A stretch of DNA of 51,349 nucleotides, from sequence record SRR20825006_41; one strand, given 5' to 3'. Every line of letters starts with the position of its first letter. Position 1 is the first letter of the stretch. Of this stretch, positions 29,135 through 37,233 are shown one piece after another. The position numbers and the translations under genes were made by a program. A model generated the notes under the pieces. That model saw nothing but the letters and a program-made list of their open reading frames with translations, did not search any database and had not been told where the DNA came from.

Positions 29135-30259
29135 GTGTTGAAACTAAATTTTATGAAAATAATCAAAAAATACTACCGTAAACTCAAAGCCTTTAAGATG
29201 GCGTTTGTTGAGTTTAAAAAATTGACAAAAAAATCAAAAGTTACTAAAGATAACACAGCTAAGTCATTAGTAATAGAACTCAGCGATCCTAGTATCTATA
29301 ATAGATACTTTTATAACTTTATTAAGTTCTTTGATCTATGTGGTTATACTATTTATTGGCCAGATTTTACCCTAACAAATTATCGTAAAAAGTATTTTAA
29401 TAGGAATCAACATCATTCAAACTATTTTAATCTTATTTTTCAGGAAAATCTTATTTCTTTTAAAAAAGCACCTGATCATGCCGATGAAAAAATAGTCTTA
29501 ACAGACTCTACTCTAAGCGCAGATTATTTTTATCTCAAAAGAAATAATGATGTTTCAGATTCCAAAAAGCTATACTTCGTCCCTATGTCTATGCATCCGC
29601 TATTTTATCACAAAGGCTATTGGAATAATTTGGAACCTAATGTTAAAAAACGTAAAAAAACAATCATCTTCGCGGGTAATTTTAGAAAGCAAGATTATAA
29701 TCAGTTTGATCAGAAACTATTTCAAATGTCAAACCGACTTGAGACTAGAGACTTTTTACTTAAGAATATATATTATAATGAAATCAACACTAAAAGTGAA
29801 TTAGATGATTTTATTAAAATTAAAGACGACGATTCAAAAGTAGTTATTCTAGATGCCCAAAAAGTGACGATTCCCAACCATGAATGGAGGTTTTATTTAA
29901 GTGAATTTTGTTTCTTCCTCGCTTTACCAGGCACGAAAATGCCGTTGTGCCATAATCTGGTTGAAGCCTTGTCATGCGGCTGCATCCCAATAATTCATCA
30001 AGAATACGCAAAATTACTAGCACCCAAATTGAACCATTCAAAAAATGCTTTGATCTACTCAAGCTTTGAATCTCTTGCAGTTTTAATTGCTAAAGCTATG
30101 GCTATGTCGGCAACAGAAATTAATCAACTTTCTAAGAATAGCTATAACTATTATAAAAATAATATGACTCCAAATGCAGTTGTAAAAAATATTCAAAGCC
30201 GAAATCTAGAAAAAATATATCTGCAAGCAGAATACAATAGTGTTGAGCTGATAAAATAA
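29135..30259 (+). CDS. Hypothetical protein with exostosin/GT47-like C-terminal motif, inverted within the glycan operon
   Basis: IIFAGN...FCFFLALPG...CHNLVEALSCGCIPII; AT-rich; start GTG 29135 or ATG 29153. Confidence 0.6.
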   Translation: MLKLNFMKIIKKYYRKLKAFKMAFVEFKKLTKKSKVTKDNTAKSLVIELSDPSIYNRYFYNFIKFFDLCGYTIYWPDFTLTNYRKKYFNRNQHHSNYFNLIFQENLISFKKAPDHADEKIVLTDSTLSADYFYLKRNNDVSDSKKLYFVPMSMHPLFYHKGYWNNLEPNVKKRKKTIIFAGNFRKQDYNQFDQKLFQMSNRLETRDFLLKNIYYNEINTKSELDDFIKIKDDDSKVVILDAQKVTIPNHEWRFYLSEFCFFLALPGTKMPLCHNLVEALSCGCIPIIHQEYAKLLAPKLNHSKNALIYSSFESLAVLIAKAMAMSATEINQLSKNSYNYYKNNMTPNAVVKNIQSRNLEKIYLQAEYNSVELIK

Positions 30260-30270
30260 TTTGATCAAGA

Positions 30271-31752
30271 CTACAACAAGTTAACCATCTCCTTTAAACT
30301 TTTTGACTGTGGTAGACTATTTGATGAAAGTTTTTTTGACACAGCTATTACAGAGTCCATTTCTTTTGCAAAATCAGGAGCACTAGGATTGAAATAATAT
30401 GCATTCCCATTTTCAATTATAGATTTAAAATAATTTCCCCCTATTTGATTCAACAAAACAGTTTTCTTGTTGAATAAAACTGCCTCATGAATACAACCAG
30501 AACTCTGAGTAACGTGGAAAATACAACCTGACATAGATATTGGTAAGGGTGAATCGTTAACAGCATTTAATATAAAGTTTGAAACCCCTTGCTTAACTAA
30601 ATAATTTTCAAAGGAAACCTTGCTCACTTTTTGTCTTGGATGCATACGAATAATCCACTTTATAGATTTTGACTTCATGTAATTCACTAAACCTATCGGG
30701 AATAGATGTTCAAATTTATATTCGGGTTCTGGCTGTAACGTATATAAAATATAATTTTCTTTTAAAGAATATTCGTCTCTATTATTCCAAAATGAAACCC
30801 AAGGATGACCGAATATTAACGAATTGTGAAAATTACTTTTAAAAGTCCACTTATTCATAATTTCATAAGTAAATGAATCCCAACACCAAAAAGTTCTAGG
30901 CAATGTACTGAACCCAGATATAGGTATTTTTTTCCATTCAGCATAACACATATGCTCACTTACAATAGAACCATGTTGTAATTCTATAGTTGGTATCCCC
31001 AATCTATTTGCTGCAGCAATAGCAGCTTCATAAAAATCTGAATAATAATAACAAGCACTTAAAATCTTTTTAGGTTTAATCTGTTTAAATAAAATTTTAA
31101 AAAATCTAATTTGAGTCTTTAGTCTTAAACTGCGTTTTTCGATAAAAGAATTGATTTCTAACCTGTCAAAGTCAGCTTTGAATTCCTTTTTAAGAATTTC
31201 TTGAAAATCATTAAAATTTTGAAATTTTAAATCATCAAAGTGATTTTTTTTTGATCTAAATCGCGTTAATATTAATTCAAAAGTTTGGTATTGTTTTAAA
31301 ATTTCAAGCTCTAAAGTATCACCTCTCTTTTTTGAAGATGAATTTAGTACTAAATAAACACTCCTATTTTCTAAATTTTTCTCACGGATCAAAGGATCAA
31401 AATGCCTATCAAAGCTTTTGCCTTCAAAAGTTTCTTTGAAATGCGGTGCTGACAAAAAAACAAAATCTTTCTTCCTTAGGTTTAACCAAAAAGAAATGAA
31501 GGATAATATTCTTGATAGCACATTAAACTTTCCCTTAATCCACAACTGAATAGAAAATGATGAGTTTTTATGGTTCTCTTCTTTTTCTAATTCAGGTAAT
31601 TGCTCACTACAAAACTTTCTAATTAGACTAAAATAAATTTCCCTTCTTAAAAAAGGCCAAATATAAATTTTATCATTTCTCCAAGTATCTACAGGAATTT
31701 TTGATTCTAAATCAAGAATAAATTCTTTTATATATAATCTATAATCGGTCAA
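30271..31752 (-). CDS. Atypical GT-B-like capsule biosynthesis protein; candidate sialyl/phospho-transferase
   Basis: IELQHG, FWCW, FGHP, LYTLQP, IRMHPR, QSSGCIHEAV; AT-rich. Confidence 0.55.
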   Translation of the reverse strand: MTDYRLYIKEFILDLESKIPVDTWRNDKIYIWPFLRREIYFSLIRKFCSEQLPELEKEENHKNSSFSIQLWIKGKFNVLSRILSFISFWLNLRKKDFVFLSAPHFKETFEGKSFDRHFDPLIREKNLENRSVYLVLNSSSKKRGDTLELEILKQYQTFELILTRFRSKKNHFDDLKFQNFNDFQEILKKEFKADFDRLEINSFIEKRSLRLKTQIRFFKILFKQIKPKKILSACYYYSDFYEAAIAAANRLGIPTIELQHGSIVSEHMCYAEWKKIPISGFSTLPRTFWCWDSFTYEIMNKWTFKSNFHNSLIFGHPWVSFWNNRDEYSLKENYILYTLQPEPEYKFEHLFPIGLVNYMKSKSIKWIIRMHPRQKVSKVSFENYLVKQGVSNFILNAVNDSPLPISMSGCIFHVTQSSGCIHEAVLFNKKTVLLNQIGGNYFKSIIENGNAYYFNPSAPDFAKEMDSVIAVSKKLSSNSLPQSKSLKEMVNLL

Positions 31753-32306
31753 TTATAATTTTTATTTCTTAAAAGCTTTGCGGGCACACCTCCGTAAATA
31801 GCATTTTCAGGTACATCACTCAATACTACAGCATTGGCACCTACAACTGAATTATGTCCAATGGTAACACCTTCTTTAATAAATACATTTGCTCCAATCC
31901 AAACTCCGTTACCAATAAAAACATCACCAGTAGTTTTATCCTTAGCAGCAGCAGAATCCATATTTTGATCAGTTTGATTGGATATCGTATAAATTTTTAC
32001 ATTCTGCGAGATTGAACAATTATTCCCTATTTGGACTTTGGTATTTGTAAATGCTGAAATATAAGAATGCCTTCCCAGATAGGTATTTGAACCAATTCTT
32101 ATTGCTCCTTCTCCGTGAAAAACAATTCCCCCTCCATTAAATCTGAAGCTATCTGCTAAACTATATTTATTTCTGTAGTGATTGTAAGTTGCCTGTTGAG
32201 AATTGGTATTTAATTCATCAAAAAAAATATTACGTTCATTAATAGGTAATTGCCCAATACATTTGATAATAAATCGACCTATACATTTTTTAAAAAATCT
32301 TATCAT
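31749..32306 (-). CDS. Hexapeptide-repeat (LbH) O-acetyltransferase
   Basis: IGNGVWIGANVFIKEGVTIGHNSVVGANAVV..DVP..AIYGGVPAK; likely start ATG 32306. Confidence 0.9.
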   Translation of the reverse strand: MIRFFKKCIGRFIIKCIGQLPINERNIFFDELNTNSQQATYNHYRNKYSLADSFRFNGGGIVFHGEGAIRIGSNTYLGRHSYISAFTNTKVQIGNNCSISQNVKIYTISNQTDQNMDSAAAKDKTTGDVFIGNGVWIGANVFIKEGVTIGHNSVVGANAVVLSDVPENAIYGGVPAKLLRNKNYN

Positions 32307-32365
32307 AGAAGTAAACTCTTGGACTAGGGAATAATAAAAGATTTCACCAGACAACCTTTATACAC

Positions 32366-32373
32366 CAAATATA
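32366..32373 (-). promoter_or_regulatory. Possible internal -7 box upstream of the acetyltransferase
   Basis: Minus strand TATATTTG in the ~155 bp gap after wzt. Confidence 0.4.
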
Positions 32374-32461
32374 ATCGTCCAAGCGCATAAAAATTAATCA
32401 GCTACTGAAGAAGACTGCTACGATTAAAAATGCCATTTAAGATAGTTTAAAAACAGTCCAT

Positions 32462-33727
32462 CTAAATCCTTTTGATTTCCCAATCTAGAGGTATAAACAA
32501 ATCACCTTCGCGCTTTACTCTTAGAGAATCGATTTTTGATATCACAAAATCTAGCACATCATGTTTGTGATCATTTAAATTCGTGTAATTATCGGCTAGA
32601 CCTAGTGAAATTTTATAAGACCCAGGTTTTAGCAGAGGATTAGGTATTTTTAAACAGGTCTCATAGACGCCTGAGGTTGCGCTATAAAAAGTTCTGTAAC
32701 GATCCGTTCGATCAAAAAAAACAACAACTTCACCCATATCGTTTTTGACTATAACAGTAAGATGACATTTTGCTACGTCTGTGTTAAACCGATATTTGAT
32801 AGATAAAGAAATTGAATCTCTCGTGGTAATTTCTGAACTTAATACATCATTATTTTTACGTATTTGTGCTTCTAAAATTTGAAAAGGTTTCGTGTTGTCA
32901 ACGTCGTAAGATACTTTCGTAGCAGTTAAGGAGTTAGAACTATAATGCAGATAATTGCTAACAACTAAATCTGTTTCCGCATCCATTACAGATCTACCGT
33001 TCTCTAAGAGAATTGATCTCGAACACAACTGTCGTACACTTGCCATATTATGACTTACAAACAATACGGTTCTCCCATCTCCCTGAGATATATCCTGCAT
33101 CTTTCCAATAGCTTTCTTTTGAAATTCTGCATCACCTACAGCCAGCACCTCATCCACAACAAGGATCTCAGGTTCCAAATGCGCAGCAACCGCAAAGGCC
33201 AGACGTACAGTCATCCCACTGCTATAGCGTTTAGTTGGTGTATCAATATAACGCTCACAACCGGAGAAGGCTATGATCTCGTCGAGCTTTCGGGTGATCT
33301 CCGCTTTTTGCATACCAAGTATAGCCCCGTTTAAATAAATATTCTCCCGCCCGGTCAATTCATGATGAAACCCCGTACCTACTTCAAGCAATGAGGCAAT
33401 CCGCCCTCGACTTTTAATAATTCCGGTACTTGGCGTGGTAACCCGAGAAAGAATTTTAAGCAAGGTCGATTTTCCTGCCCCATTCTTACCAATGATTCCT
33501 AAAACCTCCCCTTGCTTGACCTCAAAATTGATATCCCGTAACGCCCATACATAATCTTCTGTCGATTGCTGACTACGATCATTCACGGCACCTACTTTCA
33601 AAAAAGGATCTTCCTTACCAAGCAAACGTGCCCAATTCCGCTTAAGATCATCCCGCAGCGTGCCCGTCCCTACCGTTCCCAGTCGGTATTGCTTAGAAAT
33701 ATTTTCGGCTTTGAGGATTATCGACAT
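32462..33727 (-). CDS. wzt: Polysaccharide ABC transporter ATPase with Wzt_C domain
   Basis: WALRDINF, GKNGAGKST, LLEVGTGF, YSSGM, VDEVLAVGD, FVSHN, plus ~150 aa beta-rich C-terminal extension. Confidence 0.93.
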   Translation of the reverse strand: MSIILKAENISKQYRLGTVGTGTLRDDLKRNWARLLGKEDPFLKVGAVNDRSQQSTEDYVWALRDINFEVKQGEVLGIIGKNGAGKSTLLKILSRVTTPSTGIIKSRGRIASLLEVGTGFHHELTGRENIYLNGAILGMQKAEITRKLDEIIAFSGCERYIDTPTKRYSSGMTVRLAFAVAAHLEPEILVVDEVLAVGDAEFQKKAIGKMQDISQGDGRTVLFVSHNMASVRQLCSRSILLENGRSVMDAETDLVVSNYLHYSSNSLTATKVSYDVDNTKPFQILEAQIRKNNDVLSSEITTRDSISLSIKYRFNTDVAKCHLTVIVKNDMGEVVVFFDRTDRYRTFYSATSGVYETCLKIPNPLLKPGSYKISLGLADNYTNLNDHKHDVLDFVISKIDSLRVKREGDLFIPLDWEIKRI

Positions 33728-33751
33728 AAAATAATATTAAGAATAGACGAC

Positions 33752-33863
33752 TTCTCGATACAAATTAAGCTCCACTATCGTTCCGCTTAATTCACTCGAA
33801 GTGACTACGCTGTCAGTTCGAGTGCTTGATTGAGGCCAAAGCCGAAAACAAGTGTATCGAGAA
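33752..33863. repeat. REP-doublet/REPIN-like cruciform palindromic element
   Basis: Outer IR TTCTCGATACA / TGTATCGAGAA (11/11); inner IR CACTCGAAGTGAC / GTCAGTTCGAGTG (12/13); side hairpins AATTAAGC / GCTTAATT and CTTG / CAAG. Confidence 0.8.
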
Positions 33864-33882
33864 CCATAGATGTTGTAATTCA

Positions 33883-34746
33883 TCAAATCGTATCGATAAA
33901 ATTCCTCCCGGTTCGGTTAAAAACGATCAAGCCAATAAAAAACACACCCAAACTAAGCATCCCGCAATACACCAAAAGCTCCCAATCAAATAATCCTTCC
34001 TGAAGACTCATATACCGAAAAGCTTCAATAAGGATCGCAATAGGATTCAGTTCGATCAACCAGGCATATTCGCTTAAACTGTCACTATTTTTTACTTCAG
34101 CAATAGGATACATCACTGCCGAAACATACATCAACAAGGTGGTAGCAAAACCGATCAGAATTCTAAAATCCCGGTACTTCGTGGTCAACGAACTGATTAA
34201 CATGCCTAAACCTAAGCCTAAGACTGCCAGAATTCCCAACACCACCGGAAACAACCACAACGTAACATCGGGCTGTAACGCATAGCCTTTCAACACAAAA
34301 TATAAATAGAAACACGCAAAGATGAGCAATTGAATACTCAGCTTAAACAAGGCAGAAATCGCCTGAGACAGCGGAGTAATGATCCGTGGAAAATATACTT
34401 TAGAGAACAAACCCGCATTACTGGCAAAAGTGCTCGAGGTATTGTTAAGACACTGTGCAAAGTAGCTCCACATGGTGATTCCGGCCAAATTAAAAAGAAA
34501 AGGTGGTGCTGCTCCAGTTTGAATACTTGCGATATTATTAAACACCAAAGTAAAGATCACTCCGGTAAACAAGGGTTGAATTACATACCATAACGGACCT
34601 AAGATTGTCTGCTTATAGGCTGAAACAATATCCCGTCGCACAAACAGCAATAACAGATCTTTGTATCGCCAGATCTCTTTAAAATCAATACGCAGCAAAG
34701 ACTGCTTCGCATTGATTTCGTATAACCAATCGTCCTGCTCTGCCAT
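33883..34746 (-). CDS. wzm: Polysaccharide ABC transporter permease
   Basis: YKQTILGPLWYVIQPL, LFSKVYFPR, KYRDF, NPIA; about 6 TMs; upstream of wzt. Confidence 0.93.
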   Translation of the reverse strand: MAEQDDWLYEINAKQSLLRIDFKEIWRYKDLLLLFVRRDIVSAYKQTILGPLWYVIQPLFTGVIFTLVFNNIASIQTGAAPPFLFNLAGITMWSYFAQCLNNTSSTFASNAGLFSKVYFPRIITPLSQAISALFKLSIQLLIFACFYLYFVLKGYALQPDVTLWLFPVVLGILAVLGLGLGMLISSLTTKYRDFRILIGFATTLLMYVSAVMYPIAEVKNSDSLSEYAWLIELNPIAILIEAFRYMSLQEGLFDWELLVYCGMLSLGVFFIGLIVFNRTGRNFIDTI

Positions 34747-34749
34747 GAT

Positions 34750-37233
34750 TTAATGCTCTAACTGATCGTTAACCCAACGAGCAACTTTTTTAACTTTGCA
34801 TTTTAAAGTGGTTAAAACACCTGCCTTTTGCTGATGTCTATAGGCTTCTCCATATTTTCCATAGCCGTAACCATATTCATAGCCGTAGCCATATCCATAG
34901 CCCAACTTGCTTTTGGCACTGAAGTAATTCAGTACAAAACTGATATTACGTATTTCTTTTTTCTTATACTTATCATTGATTAGGCGCAACATACCTTTTT
35001 TAGTATAATGCTGGCGAATCACATACAACGTGGCATCTACATATTCATCCAATTCTAAAGCGTCAGAAACCAAGCCCACAGGTGGTGTGTCAAGAATAAT
35101 ATAATCGTATTCTTTTTTCAATTCCTCAATCAACGAATCCATTTGCTCGCTCATCAATAATTCTGAAGGGTTGGGAGGCACTGCTCCGGCTAAAATCACA
35201 TCAAGATGCGGAATCTTTGTAGGCTGAACAATTTCGGCCAATATGTTTTCTCCGATCAAATAATTCACCACCCCGGTATCGTTAGGCAAATTGAAATCTC
35301 CAAAGATCTTCGGTTTTCTTAGATCTAATCCTACGAGCACTGTTTTACGCTGACTTAACGCAAAAACACTAGCTAAATTGATACTACAAAAGGTCTTTCC
35401 TTCTCCACTGACTGAGGATGTAATACGTACAGTTTTAGCCCCTTCGATCTGTTGCTTTCTGTAGATAAATTGTAAACTGGAGCGTAGTCCCCTAAAGGCT
35501 TCTGCAATTGCCGAGCGGGGATCTTCAATAACCACTAAATTGCTTTTTGAAGTGCTTTTTCCAATAGCTCCTAAAACGGGAATACTCGAAAGTCGTTTGA
35601 TCTCATTGGGGTTACCAATTTTAGTATCAAAGAAAAATAATAAAAACACGATGGCTAACGGCACAACAGTTCCTCCAACTACTGCCATCACATAACTCAC
35701 CTCGGTATTAGGACCTATTGCTCCGCCACCGGTATCTTTAGCTTCATCAATGATCACAATATCAGAAACATTGGCCGCTTTGACGATTCCCGCCTGACTG
35801 CGTTTATCTAAAAATACGCCGTATGCACCTTCTGTAAGGTTATAACGGCGTTGAATACCAAATAACTGCTGTTGCTCTTGTGGAAGTTTACGCATCTGCC
35901 CTTCGGTTGCAGCGATCTCATTACGCACTTCGCGCAATTGACCTCTAATGATTTGCTGGCTCGAAGCCATATTTTCAAAAAGTACGGCTTTGATCGCATC
36001 AATACGACGGTCTAGATCTTTAAACGCCGGGTTGTTAGGTTTTGCAGTATACGCCAAACGACGCCGTTCTTCTGCGAGTTCGATAATACTGCTTACACTT
36101 TGTGTAACACTCCCTTCTCCAATTCCAGTAATACTCGGTGCCGGAATATCTGTACCATAGTCTTCTCGGGTGCGCAGGTAATTCTCTAAATCCTGATAAT
36201 ATTGTAACCGTTGTTCTAAGTTCTGTTTCTGTGCATCAAGCTCGGTGATCTTAGCGATCAGACTTTCTTCACTACTGCCAATTCCTATACTGCTGTTCTC
36301 ATCTCTAAATTTATCAAGCTCTTCCTGTACGTTTTTCATCTCAACCGATTTCACCGCCAGACTGCTATCAATAAACTGAATGGTTTTGGTCGCAAACAAG
36401 TTTTTACGCTCCAATTGGGTTTCGGCTAAAATTCTAACGGACGCGTTTAAGTAATCTACTAAACGCGCTTTATTATTGCCTGTGAGACTTAGCGTTAGAA
36501 TACTTGATCCCGATGGGGTTTGATCAATCCCTATTCCGCGGTAGCGCCCTACCGTACCGTCAAAAGCATTAAAACGAATCAAATATTCCTTACCTATAAC
36601 AGGCGGCAGTCCTGATGGATTTAATTTAAAATTGAAATAGGGCAAGTCTATAGGATCTCCAAGCGCATACTGTTTTGAGATCTTTGCGGCAGGCAAAGGT
36701 AAATTCAGCATTTCTTTATTATCATAGTTCTGTGCAGGTGCTGAACCTCCATTAAAATCTATGGATAATTTATATGTTGAATCACTATTAAAAACAATCT
36801 TGATTTGCTTCCCTAAGAGCTGCGGCCGTGCTGTATTGACATCTACCAGAAAGGGGGTCGCTCCGTAAATATCCTCCAGATGGTATTCTCCTTGCTGCAA
36901 ATAATCTACATAATACTGAAGCGCCTCTACCACAGTCTCGTTGTGACTTCTGGAACGCAGCAAAATTATTGCCGTTTGTACTTTATCGGTAGTTCCTCCC
37001 CAATTAAAGGTAAGACTGGTATTGGAAGTAAAAAAAGGATTCTGATCGTCTTTAACCGTTATCATATTACTCATACGATACACCGTTTGACGACGTACAT
37101 TTTTGTAATGTGCAATGTAATAGGCGATCCCGATACACACAACAAAAAGCGGCCACCACGCAAGAATCTTGAGTAGAAAACCTCTAAAATCAAAGAAATT
37201 TTGCAGGTCTTTTATTTCAAATTCATCTTCCAT
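34750..37233 (-). CDS. wzc: Polysaccharide co-polymerase / BY tyrosine autokinase
   Basis: Two TMs around a coiled-coil periplasmic region; AEAFRGLRS, Walker A SGEGKT, LDLRKP, PPNPSELL, LDTPP, Tyr cluster GYGYGYGYEYGYGYGKY. Confidence 0.93.
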   Translation of the reverse strand: MEDEFEIKDLQNFFDFRGFLLKILAWWPLFVVCIGIAYYIAHYKNVRRQTVYRMSNMITVKDDQNPFFTSNTSLTFNWGGTTDKVQTAIILLRSRSHNETVVEALQYYVDYLQQGEYHLEDIYGATPFLVDVNTARPQLLGKQIKIVFNSDSTYKLSIDFNGGSAPAQNYDNKEMLNLPLPAAKISKQYALGDPIDLPYFNFKLNPSGLPPVIGKEYLIRFNAFDGTVGRYRGIGIDQTPSGSSILTLSLTGNNKARLVDYLNASVRILAETQLERKNLFATKTIQFIDSSLAVKSVEMKNVQEELDKFRDENSSIGIGSSEESLIAKITELDAQKQNLEQRLQYYQDLENYLRTREDYGTDIPAPSITGIGEGSVTQSVSSIIELAEERRRLAYTAKPNNPAFKDLDRRIDAIKAVLFENMASSQQIIRGQLREVRNEIAATEGQMRKLPQEQQQLFGIQRRYNLTEGAYGVFLDKRSQAGIVKAANVSDIVIIDEAKDTGGGAIGPNTEVSYVMAVVGGTVVPLAIVFLLFFFDTKIGNPNEIKRLSSIPVLGAIGKSTSKSNLVVIEDPRSAIAEAFRGLRSSLQFIYRKQQIEGAKTVRITSSVSGEGKTFCSINLASVFALSQRKTVLVGLDLRKPKIFGDFNLPNDTGVVNYLIGENILAEIVQPTKIPHLDVILAGAVPPNPSELLMSEQMDSLIEELKKEYDYIILDTPPVGLVSDALELDEYVDATLYVIRQHYTKKGMLRLINDKYKKKEIRNISFVLNYFSAKSKLGYGYGYGYEYGYGYGKYGEAYRHQQKAGVLTTLKCKVKKVARWVNDQLEH

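Noticed and set aside
29063-30270. Recombinase-driven invertible segment around the antisense gene
   Set aside because: No matching inverted repeats found at the two ends and no invertase in the window
34850-34905. Repetitive TAGCC/TATCC DNA near the wzc 3' end
   Set aside because: It simply encodes the normal (GY)n tyrosine cluster of a BY-kinase
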